Source: Rhizobium sp. Q54
Lineage (GTDB): Bacteria; Pseudomonadota; Alphaproteobacteria; SHVV01
NCBI GenBank assembly: GCA_945903685.1
Contig: CAMDOQ010000001.1
Coordinates: 1-50,071 of the forward strand
Direction: 5' to 3'
Length of the DNA: 50,071 nucleotides
The notes under the pieces are model-generated. The model did not search any database, had not been told where the DNA came from, and saw only the letters and a program-made list of their open reading frames with translations. The translations under genes and the position numbers were made by a program. Of this stretch, positions 35,082 to 42,564 are shown piece after piece (position 1 is the stretch's first letter; every line of letters starts with the position of its first letter).

Positions 35082-35891
35082 ATGGAACTCAACATGAAAG
35101 GCAAGGTCGCGCTGGTCACCGGCGGCAGTCGCGGCATCGGCAAGGCGATCGCGCACGGGCTCGCGACCGAGGGCTGCCGGGTCGCGATCTGCTCGCGCGA
35201 CCAGACCGTGGTCGCCAAGGCGGCCGACGAGATCTCGCGCGCGACCCGCGCCGAGGTGGTCCCCTTCATCGCCGACTTGACCAAGACCGCCGATGCCGAC
35301 CGCATGGTGGCCGCGGTCGCCAAGCATTTCGGCCGCATTGACATCCTGGTCAACAACGCCGGTGCGGCGCCGGGTGGCGTGCTCGAGCATTTGACCGACG
35401 CCGATTGGGACCTGGCGCTCGGTCTCAAATTCATGGGCTACGTGCGCTGCACCCGCGCCGTCGTCCCCTACATGCGTAAGCAAGGCAAGGGCCGCGTCGT
35501 CAACCTGATCGGCAACGACGGCATCAAGTATTCCTACTGGGAGATCGCGCCCGGTGCCGCCAACGCCGCCGGCCAGAACCTCACCATGTCGCTGGCCGCG
35601 CAATATGGGCGCGAGAACATCAGCTTCGTCGCCGTCAACCCGGGCCCGGTCCGGACCGAGCGCTGGGATGGGCTGGTCAAGGCGATGGCGCGCGACATGA
35701 AGCTTTCGGTCGAAGAGGCCGACAAGCTCGCGCCGCGCAGCATTCCGCTGGGCCGGATCGCCGAATCGGAAGAGGTCGCCGATATCGTCGTGTTCCTCGC
35801 CTCCGACCGCGCCCACTTCATCAATGGCACCATGATCGAGATCGACGGCGGCCAGCAGAAGCCGCTGATGGACGCGCTGCGCGACCGATAA
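35082..35891 (+). CDS. Classical SDR-family oxidoreductase (FabG-like)
   Basis: KVALVTGGSRGIGKAIA (TGxxxGIG) and NNAG are present. The start is taken at ATG 35082 after GGGGGAGGA; the track ORF starts at 35034. Confidence 0.85.
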   Translation: MELNMKGKVALVTGGSRGIGKAIAHGLATEGCRVAICSRDQTVVAKAADEISRATRAEVVPFIADLTKTADADRMVAAVAKHFGRIDILVNNAGAAPGGVLEHLTDADWDLALGLKFMGYVRCTRAVVPYMRKQGKGRVVNLIGNDGIKYSYWEIAPGAANAAGQNLTMSLAAQYGRENISFVAVNPGPVRTERWDGLVKAMARDMKLSVEEADKLAPRSIPLGRIAESEEVADIVVFLASDRAHFINGTMIEIDGGQQKPLMDALRDR

Positions 35892-35917
35892 CCGCGCGAC
35901 AACCGAAGGAGGCCGTC

Positions 35918-37483
35918 ATGGCGGTCGCGACCCCAACCCGCGAGCAGGTGCTGGCGGTCGGCGAGAAGCTCGGCTTTTCGCTCACCGACGAGGAGATCGA
36001 GGTCTACCGGCGTGAGTTCGCCAACACCAAGTTCGTTTACGACCGCTTGGATCAGTTGGCCGACTACGTGCCGCCGGTCAAATATCCGCGTACGCCCGGG
36101 CGCCGGCCGGAGCCGGCCGAAAACAAGTACGGCGCCTGGTACGTCAAGACCGACATCAAGGGTGCGGCATCGGGCAAGCTCAAGGGCAAGCGCATTGCGC
36201 TCAAGGACACGGTCGCGCTCGCCGGCGTGGCGATGATGGACGGGGCCTCGGTGCTCGAGGGCTATACGCCCGAGACCGACGCCACCATCGTCACCCGCAT
36301 CCTCGATGCCGGCGGCACCATCGTCGGCAAGGCGGTCTGCGAATATTTCTCGTTCTCGTCCTCGAGCCACACCGCGGTCACTGGCCGCGTCTACAGCCCC
36401 TTGAAAGCGGGTTATTCGCCCGGTGGCTCCTCGGCCGGGAGTGCGGTCGTGGTGGTCGCGGGCGAGGCCGACATGGCGATTGGCGGCGACCAGGCTGGCT
36501 CGATCCGAATCCCGTCGGCATGCACCGGGCTAATTGGCCTTAAACCGACCTGGGGCCTCGTTCCCTATACCGGGATCATTTCGTCCGAGTTCAACATCGA
36601 CCATTGCGGGCCGATGACGCGGACGGTCGCCGACAACGCGCTCTTCCTCGAAGTGCTGGCCGGAGGCGATGGCATCGACACCCGCCAATCGACGCCTAGC
36701 CCCAAGGTCCACCCCTACACCAAAGCCCTCGGCCAGGGCGCCAAGGGCCTGAAGATCGCCGTGATCGAGGAGGGCTTCGGCTGGCCCGCTTCGCAGCCTG
36801 AGGTCGACGCCACGGTGCGCGAGGCGGTCACCCGCTTTCGCAAACTCGGCGCAACGGTCGACTTCATCTCGTTCCCGTGGCACCGCGACGCGTTCTGCGC
36901 CTGGCTCGCGTTCGCGCTCGACGGCTACTACACCAATCTTCTGGTCGGCAACGGCTTCGGCACCAATCACGGCGGGCTCTACCTCACCAGCCTGAACGAC
37001 AAGATCGCCGGCTGGCGCAGCCGCGCCAACGAGATTCCCTATAACCTCCGCTTCGGCATGATCGCCGGCGAGTACATGAAGCAGCAACACCAGGGCCACT
37101 ACTACTGCAAAGCCCACAACCTGGCGCGTCACGCCGCCGAGAACTACAACAAGCTGCTCGCGTCCTATGACCTGATCGCGATGCCGACGGTGGCGCAAAA
37201 AGCGAAGCCGCTGCCCAAGGGACCGTGCACGGTCGCCGAGACCATCGCGCTCGCGCTCGAAAACATCGAGAACACTTGCCCGTTCAATCTCACCCACCAC
37301 CCGGCGATTACGGTGCCGTGCGGGCTGATCGACGACTGCCCGATCGGTCTGATGCTGGTCGGCCGCCATTACGACGAACCGACGATCTACCGCGCCGCGG
37401 CGGCGTTCGAAGCCGGCGTTGATTGGCGCAAGATCGCGATCGATCCGGGGCGGACGCGCAAGGCGAAGGCCAAGCGGCGGTAG
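35918..37483 (+). CDS. Amidase-signature (AS) family amidase
   Basis: IALKDTVALAGV supplies the catalytic Lys. GGSSAGSAVVV is the AS glycine/serine-rich signature. The length is 521 aa. Confidence 0.85.
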   Translation: MAVATPTREQVLAVGEKLGFSLTDEEIEVYRREFANTKFVYDRLDQLADYVPPVKYPRTPGRRPEPAENKYGAWYVKTDIKGAASGKLKGKRIALKDTVALAGVAMMDGASVLEGYTPETDATIVTRILDAGGTIVGKAVCEYFSFSSSSHTAVTGRVYSPLKAGYSPGGSSAGSAVVVVAGEADMAIGGDQAGSIRIPSACTGLIGLKPTWGLVPYTGIISSEFNIDHCGPMTRTVADNALFLEVLAGGDGIDTRQSTPSPKVHPYTKALGQGAKGLKIAVIEEGFGWPASQPEVDATVREAVTRFRKLGATVDFISFPWHRDAFCAWLAFALDGYYTNLLVGNGFGTNHGGLYLTSLNDKIAGWRSRANEIPYNLRFGMIAGEYMKQQHQGHYYCKAHNLARHAAENYNKLLASYDLIAMPTVAQKAKPLPKGPCTVAETIALALENIENTCPFNLTHHPAITVPCGLIDDCPIGLMLVGRHYDEPTIYRAAAAFEAGVDWRKIAIDPGRTRKAKAKRR

Positions 37484-37496
37484 CGGCGCGGCCGCG

Positions 37497-37904
37497 TTAG
37501 CCCGGCGGCGTCACCAACCGCACCGACGGGAAGTAACGGAGATAGCGCGTCGCGTCGCGCGTCAGCAGCGTCAGGTCGAGCACCGCGGCGTGGGCGCCGA
37601 CGAAAAAGTCAGGCAGTACACCGGTCTTGGCGCCGCCACCCTTCCGGTAGGCGCGGAAGACTTTGCCGGCTAGAAATAACGCGGGGCGCGGAATCGGATC
37701 AAGCGCGACATCGGTCGTCGCCAACACCGCGTCGAGATCCTCGATGCGCGTGAAGCCGACCGAGAGTTCGGCGTAGATCACCGGATTGATAATCAGGCGA
37801 TCGGTGAGAGACGCAGCGTCGAGTTGGCGCTGCGACCAGTCGCCCCACCGCGGATCGTCGGTCAAAACGTCGAGCAGGATATTGGTGTCGACGAGGACGG
37901 CCAC
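37497..37904 (-). CDS. vapC: Type II toxin, PIN-domain ribonuclease VapC
   Basis: The start codon is GTG. MAVLVDTNILLDVL carries the first acidic residue, and LLTRD lies near the C-terminus. The 135-aa gene starts 3 nt after the antitoxin gene. Confidence 0.85.
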   Translation of the reverse strand: MAVLVDTNILLDVLTDDPRWGDWSQRQLDAASLTDRLIINPVIYAELSVGFTRIEDLDAVLATTDVALDPIPRPALFLAGKVFRAYRKGGGAKTGVLPDFFVGAHAAVLDLTLLTRDATRYLRYFPSVRLVTPPG

Positions 37905-37907
37905 CGG

Positions 37908-38150
37908 CTAGCGGCCGCGGGTAAGCGCCATGATCTCGTCAGTCGACATCTTGACGGTCGCGCGGCCGCGGACGGTGGCAAAGCGGCTGCGCTTGGGCGC
38001 TTGGTGTTTGGCGCCGTGCTTCAACACGAAGACGACGCGGCCACGCTCGTCGAGTTCGAACTCGACGAGACTACCGGGGCCGATGCCGAGCCGGTCGCGG
38101 ACCGCCTTCGGCACCGTGATCTGACCTTTGCGGGTGACGCGAGTCGCCAT
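37908..38150 (-). CDS. vapB: Type II antitoxin, AbrB/SpoVT-fold VapB
   Basis: MATRVTRKGQITVPKAVRDRLGIGPGSLVEFEL is the swapped-hairpin AbrB/MazE-type DNA-binding motif. The 80-aa gene lies immediately upstream of the PIN gene. Confidence 0.85.
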   Translation of the reverse strand: MATRVTRKGQITVPKAVRDRLGIGPGSLVEFELDERGRVVFVLKHGAKHQAPKRSRFATVRGRATVKMSTDEIMALTRGR

Positions 38151-38153
38151 GCG

Positions 38154-38180
38154 GTATTACCTCTGTTCGGAAGGTAATAC
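38154..38180. promoter_or_regulatory. Perfect 9-bp inverted repeat overlapping the vapB ribosome-binding region (candidate VapBC operator)
   Basis: GTATTACCT-N9-AGGTAATAC lies 4 nt upstream of the vapB ATG, in a locally AT-rich patch. Confidence 0.45.
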
Positions 38181-38246
38181 TAAATGCCTAACCGTTCGCG
38201 TTCAAGGCGAGTGGTCGATGGTCGGCAGGCACAACGCCGTCGGCCG

Positions 38247-38450
38247 TCAGGGCGCGACTTTGAGATTGGTCGCCGAGGTGCGGCCGCGCTCGCTCTTGAG
38301 TTCGTAACTCAAGTTCTGCCCCTCTTGCAGGGTCCGCAAGCCCGCCTGCTCGACCGCGCTGATATGCACGAACACGTCCTTCGAACCGTCGGCCGGCTGG
38401 ATGAACCCGAAACCCTTAGTCGCGTTGAACCACTTGACGGTACCGTCCAT
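38247..38450 (-). CDS. Cold-shock protein, CspA family (67 aa), second paralog
   Basis: The start is the internal ATG 38450 ([33 protein letters not shown]). It has the same length as the 33750 copy and a similar sequence. The track ORF extends to 38624 as non-Csp sequence. Confidence 0.95.
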   Translation of the reverse strand: MDGTVKWFNATKGFGFIQPADGSKDVFVHISAVEQAGLRTLQEGQNLSYELKSERGRTSATNLKVAP

Positions 38451-38740
38451 TGGCAGCCTCGTTCCCTGCTGTTGCGACGCACGGCTGGGCGCCCTGGCCC
38501 ACCCGCCAGCAAATCGATCCTGGGGTGACTTGAATAGGTCGGCGCCCGTTTTCGGGGCGGCAGCCGCAAGACGCCACACTTCGATTGCCGAGGAAAAACT
38601 GCTGACCGCGCCCCGTCTTGTCAAGCGATTTGCGCCCGCTTGCGCCGGCCGAGACTACGGTAAATCCCTAATCTAATTAGGAAATTTATTCAGATCGGGT
38701 CATTGCTGCGAGCCGGCTTGTCCCCGGAACCGGATCGTGT

Positions 38741-38760
38741 TATGAACGAACGTTCATTCA
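38741..38760. promoter_or_regulatory. 20-bp near-palindrome, copy 1 (candidate TetR operator overlapping the tetR start)
   Basis: TATGAACGAACGTTCATTCA has a perfect 8-bp palindromic core GAACGTTC. The arms ATGAA/TTCAT have one mismatched pair. It is identical to the copy at 39350-39369. Confidence 0.5.
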
Positions 38761-39331
38761 TGGCCAGAGCCCGCCCCCTCGCCGCCAAGGATCGCATCGA
38801 CCGCGCCGCGCTCGCGCTGTTCGCGGCGCACGGCATCGCCGAGACGTCGATCCGCGCCATTGCCCGTAAGGCCGGGGTGGCACTGGGGGCGCTCTACAAC
38901 CACTACGAAGCAAGGAAGAACTGGCGTGGACGCTGTTCGCGAGCAATTTTTCGCGGCTGGGCCTCGAGCTCCAGCGTTTGGCGCGCGAACCCGGGACGAT
39001 CGACACCCGGCTGCGCGCGATGGTGGCTTACGTCTTCGGCGAATTCGATCGCGACCGCGTGCTGGTCGGCTATGTGTTCCTGGCCCGCCACCAGGCGCTG
39101 CCGAAGATCAAGACCGCGAGCACCAATCCGTACCTCGTGTTTCGCAGCTTGATCGCCGAGGCGATCGCCGAGCGCGAGGTACCGTTGCAGGACCTCGATC
39201 TCGCGACCTCGCTGGTGGTCGGCGCGATCAACCAGGTGGTCGACACCACGGTGTTGGGGCACATCAAGCACGATCTCGCCGGCCATGCCGACCGGGTTGC
39301 CGACGCGTGCGTGCGCATGCTCGGCCGGTGA
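38742..39331 (+). pseudogene. TetR-family transcriptional regulator interrupted by a 1-nt deletion (or sequence error) at about 38909
   Basis: Frame 0 encodes the HTH region (RIDRAALALFAAHGIAETSIRAIARKAGVALGALYNHYE) and then degenerates. From 38909 another frame reads SKEELAWTLFASNFSRLGLELQRLAREPGTIDTRLRAMVAYVFGEF...VRMLGR with no stop until 39331. Joining the two gives a typical ~196-aa TetR with the common NH[YF]xSKEEL junction. The sequence GAAGC is where GAAAGC would be expected. Confidence 0.7.
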
Positions 39332-39349
39332 TCTTTTTTTTGACCTTGC

Positions 39350-39369
39350 TATGAACGAACGTTCATTCA
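39350..39369. promoter_or_regulatory. 20-bp near-palindrome, copy 2 (candidate TetR operator downstream of tetR, upstream of a small ORF)
   Basis: This is an exact 20-nt repeat of TATGAACGAACGTTCATTCA. It lies 18 nt after the tetR stop and just before a GGGAG ribosome-binding site. Confidence 0.5.
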
Positions 39370-39386
39370 AAAAGGGAGCGCGCGAC

Positions 39387-39623
39387 ATGATGACGCATGG
39401 AATCGACTACCGTGACTGCGTGGCCAACCTGCGCGAGGCGATTGCGGTGTTTCGCGGACTGACGCGCCGTCGACCCGAACAAAAGGCGGTGCACGACGAG
39501 GTCATCGCCTATCTCAGCTACCAGCTCGATCAGATTGCGGTGCCGGATCGGGCGCTGCGGCCGCCTTACCAGCGGAAGGCGCCGATCACGTTCGAGAAAT
39601 CGTCGGTCCACAAGCGTCCGTGA
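39387..39623 (+). CDS. Small hypothetical protein (78 aa), uncertain
   Basis: ATG 39387 lies 8 nt after GGGAG. The sequence is MMTHGIDYRDCVANLREAIAVFRGLTRRRPEQKAVHDEVIAYLSYQLDQI... Its 3' end overlaps the convergent membrane-protein gene by 58 nt, which lowers confidence. No domain is recognised. Confidence 0.3.
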   Translation: MMTHGIDYRDCVANLREAIAVFRGLTRRRPEQKAVHDEVIAYLSYQLDQIAVPDRALRPPYQRKAPITFEKSSVHKRP

Positions 39624-41815
39624 CGCACGGCCGCGAGCGCGACCCAGCGCGGATCGGCGGCGAGACCTGCGATGTTGACGATGCTACGGCTGAGGACCAC
39701 CCAGCCCGAGGAATAGCGATGACGCTCGGGTTCGACCGCTTGATCGCCGCGGACATAGCCGATCAACCCGGCGTCGGTCGCTAGCGCGGCCAGGACCGGC
39801 ACCAGATCGAGATAGCGGTTGGTGATGTTGAAGACGAGGACGCCGCCCGCCTCGAGCTTGGCGAGGTAGAGCTGCACCGCCTCGCGGTTGATCAGGTGCA
39901 CCGGAACCGAATCGGACGAAAACGCGTCGAGGATGATAAGCCGGTAATGAGCGTCCGGCGCCTCGGCCAGTGTCTGCCGCGCGTCGCCGAGCACGACCTT
40001 GGCGTCGGGGGCGCAGTCGCGGAGCAGGGTGAAGTAGCGTGGATCGCGGGCGATCGCGACCACGGCCGGATCGATTTCATAGAACGTCCAGCTTTGCCCC
40101 GGCTCGGCGTAGCACGCGATCGCGCCGGCGCCGAGCCCGGTCACGGCAATGCGGGCGCCGCCGAGGCGCTCCTTGAGGGCGGCGAACACGTGGCCGAGAG
40201 GTCCTTCGCGGGTGAAGTAGGCGAGCGGCTCGAGCCGCTCGACGCCGTCGCGTCCTTGGACGCCGTGGATCGTGGTGCCGTGCATGAGCAGCCGATAGAG
40301 CCCGTCGTCGACGACGGCGACGGTGCCGAAGAAATTGCGGCTGCGGGCGAGCGTCCCGCTCTGATCGTGAACGAAGTAGACGCCGACGATCAGCGCGAGC
40401 CCGGTGGTGACGCCCAGGCGGAGCGGATGGGCGCGAAACGCGATCAAAGCCAGGACGATCGCGGCCGAGAGGATGCCGATCAGGACGAGGCCGGCCGCGG
40501 CCTCGGTGCCGCCTTCGATCTGCGCCAACAAGAAGAGGACGGCCGGCAGCACCAGGGCGTAGCCGAGATCGACCACGAGCGGCCGGCGCGGCGCGCTCGT
40601 CGGCCGCATCGCGAGCGCCAATGCCACCGCGAGCGGGTACTCGATGACCTGGGTGAAAACGTAGGGCGCGACCAGCGCGTTGAAAACGCCGCCCAGGAGG
40701 CCGCCGATCGAGAGCCAGAGGTAGAACTCGGTCAGGTGTTCGACCGCCGGGCGGGTCCGCGCCAGTTCGCCGTGGCAGACGAGCGCTGTCACGAAAAACG
40801 CCGCCAAGTGGACTGGATAGAACTCGATCAGGCCGGTCGAACTGCCCCAGAACAGCACCAGCACGAGCGGCAGCACGATCCACGGCTGCGCCTGGACGAC
40901 GCGCGCATGCGAAACGATTGGCGTGCGCGCGAACGCGACGATGAAAGTGAGGAGGTAGAGGGCGAGCGGCACCACCCAAAAAAGCGGCACCGCGGCGATA
41001 TCGGTGGTGAGAAACGTGGTGACGCCCAGAAGCAAGGTCGAGGGTGCGAAAGCGAGGCCGCCCCAGCGCAACCGGAGCGCCCACGGCAGCGCCGTGCGCG
41101 GCGGCGGCGGCGCGCTCGACCGCGCCCGGCGCGGCAGCGTCAAGGCGCAGGCTGCCGTCAGCGCGATCAGGAGCGCGTAGCCGCCGCTCCAGACCAGGCT
41201 CTGCTCGCCCAGCTGCAACAACGGCTCGGCCGCGAGCGGATAGAGAACGAGTGCCAGCAAGCTACCGGCATTGCTGGCGCCGTAAAGCGGATAGGGGTCG
41301 GCGGCGCGGGCGTGGCCGCTCGCGGCGAACCAGCGCTGCAGGAGCGGCGCGGTCGCCGATAGGGCAAAAAACGGCAGCCCGACACTCGTCGCCAGCAACG
41401 CCAGCAGCCAGAAGATCGGGTCGGCGTCGGCCGGCGGACGCCATGCGTCGCCGATCGCGATCGGCAGCACTAGCGCGCCGGCACCGAGAGCGGCCAGCTG
41501 AATAAGCGCCTGGCGGCGCCCCGGCGCCAGCCGATCGAGCGCGTGGGCAAAGGCGTAACCCAGCAGCAGGAGCCCCTGGAAGAACATCATCGCCGTCGTC
41601 CACACCGCCGGCGTCCCGCCCAAGAGCGGTAGCACCATCTTGGTGAACAGCGGCTGTACCGCGAACACCAGCGTCGCGCTGACGAAGAGGGTAACGGCGT
41701 AAAGGAGGATCACGACGGGCGGCACTCGAGGACCAACACGGCGGGAGCTTATCGCGGATTCGCGATGGCAGATCGACCGGTTCGCGCTATCTTCGGCGCC
41801 CTTATGCCAGTGCAC
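39566..41815 (-). CDS. Fused polytopic membrane domain / spermidine-synthase-like (class I SAM-fold aminopropyltransferase-like) protein
   Basis: The N-terminal ~480 aa are highly hydrophobic (FAVQPLFTKMVLPLLGGTPAVWTTAMMFFQ...). The C-terminal domain is IAVTGLGAGAIACYAEPGQSWTFYEIDPAVV...LIILDAFSSDSVPVHLINREA...GGVLVFNI. The start is uncertain, with GTG codons at 41815, 41725 and 41713. Confidence 0.75.
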   Translation of the reverse strand: MHWHKGAEDSANRSICHRESAISSRRVGPRVPPVVILLYAVTLFVSATLVFAVQPLFTKMVLPLLGGTPAVWTTAMMFFQGLLLLGYAFAHALDRLAPGRRQALIQLAALGAGALVLPIAIGDAWRPPADADPIFWLLALLATSVGLPFFALSATAPLLQRWFAASGHARAADPYPLYGASNAGSLLALVLYPLAAEPLLQLGEQSLVWSGGYALLIALTAACALTLPRRARSSAPPPPRTALPWALRLRWGGLAFAPSTLLLGVTTFLTTDIAAVPLFWVVPLALYLLTFIVAFARTPIVSHARVVQAQPWIVLPLVLVLFWGSSTGLIEFYPVHLAAFFVTALVCHGELARTRPAVEHLTEFYLWLSIGGLLGGVFNALVAPYVFTQVIEYPLAVALALAMRPTSAPRRPLVVDLGYALVLPAVLFLLAQIEGGTEAAAGLVLIGILSAAIVLALIAFRAHPLRLGVTTGLALIVGVYFVHDQSGTLARSRNFFGTVAVVDDGLYRLLMHGTTIHGVQGRDGVERLEPLAYFTREGPLGHVFAALKERLGGARIAVTGLGAGAIACYAEPGQSWTFYEIDPAVVAIARDPRYFTLLRDCAPDAKVVLGDARQTLAEAPDAHYRLIILDAFSSDSVPVHLINREAVQLYLAKLEAGGVLVFNITNRYLDLVPVLAALATDAGLIGYVRGDQAVEPERHRYSSGWVVLSRSIVNIAGLAADPRWVALAAVRHGRLWTDDFSNVIGAFRW

Positions 41816-41817
41816 CG

Positions 41818-42450
41818 ATGACCGAATTTTCCCGCGCCCATCCGAGCCCCCGCTACACGGCGATGGTCGACCTCTGCCGCCGCCTGCACGCGGAGGGCGA
41901 CCAACTGAACCGCATCGTCGCGGCCGAGACCTTCGACGGCCGCAGTCTCATTCCCTACATCCAGCCGATCGGCGGTCTCGCCAAGCAGTTCCAAGCGAGC
42001 TCGATCCTCGACTACGGCGCCGGCAAAGGCATGGCCTACGGCGAGGCCCGCGCCAAGCTTCCCGACGGGCGCGAGCTCATCGGCCTGCATGCGATCTGGG
42101 ACGTCGCCAGCATCACGCTCTACGATCCGGCCTACCCGCCGCACAGCGCGCTTCCGACCGGCCAGTTCGATGGCGTCATCTCGACCGACGTGCTCGAGCA
42201 TTGTCCGGAAGAGGACGTTCCGTGGATGATCGCCGAGATTTTCGGGTACGCCCGCCGGTTCGTCTTCGTGTCGATCGCCTGCTATCCGGCCCGGAAGAAG
42301 CTTCCGACCGGCGACAACGCGCACATCACCCTAAAACCGGCCGGCTGGTGGCTGGATCGGCTCGAAGCAGTCGCCCAGCGCCGGCCCGACGTCCGCTACT
42401 TCGCGGCGATCGTGGTCGAGGGCGGGCGGACGCTCCGCATCCAGGGCTGA
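41818..42450 (+). CDS. Class I SAM-dependent methyltransferase
   Basis: ILDYGAGKGMAY (motif I) and GVISTDVLEHCPEEDVPWMIAEIF are present. The length is 210 aa. Confidence 0.7.
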   Translation: MTEFSRAHPSPRYTAMVDLCRRLHAEGDQLNRIVAAETFDGRSLIPYIQPIGGLAKQFQASSILDYGAGKGMAYGEARAKLPDGRELIGLHAIWDVASITLYDPAYPPHSALPTGQFDGVISTDVLEHCPEEDVPWMIAEIFGYARRFVFVSIACYPARKKLPTGDNAHITLKPAGWWLDRLEAVAQRRPDVRYFAAIVVEGGRTLRIQG

Positions 42451-42507
42451 ACGCTGCGGCGAGTCCAGGGCTGAACGTTGCGGTGCGTCCAGGGCTGAGC
42501 GCGGCCG
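42440..42507 (+). repeat. 24-bp tandem repeat, about 2.8 copies, spanning the methyltransferase stop codon
   Basis: The copies are CCAGGGCTGAACGCTGCGGCGAGT, CCAGGGCTGAACGTTGCGGTGCGT and CCAGGGCTGAGCGCGGCCGCC. Each copy carries an in-frame TGA. Confidence 0.8.
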
Positions 42508-42564
42508 CCTACGGGCTTGATGTAGATCAAAGGCGGATCGGCCGCCGTTCGGCATGTTCCACGC

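Noticed and set aside
33750-38450. Composite mobile element bounded by the two csp genes.
   Set aside because: There is no transposase, integrase, terminal inverted repeat or target-site duplication. The repeats are functional paralogous genes and are only partly identical.
38703-39152. 149-aa ORF taken at face value as an intact short TetR.
   Set aside because: After residue ~69 the translation becomes Arg/Trp/Cys-rich nonsense, while another frame continues as a bona fide TetR C-terminal domain. A frameshift is the better explanation.
42440-42507. Mini CRISPR-like array.
   Set aside because: The repeats are directly tandem with no spacers. There are fewer than three copies, and no cas genes occur in the window.
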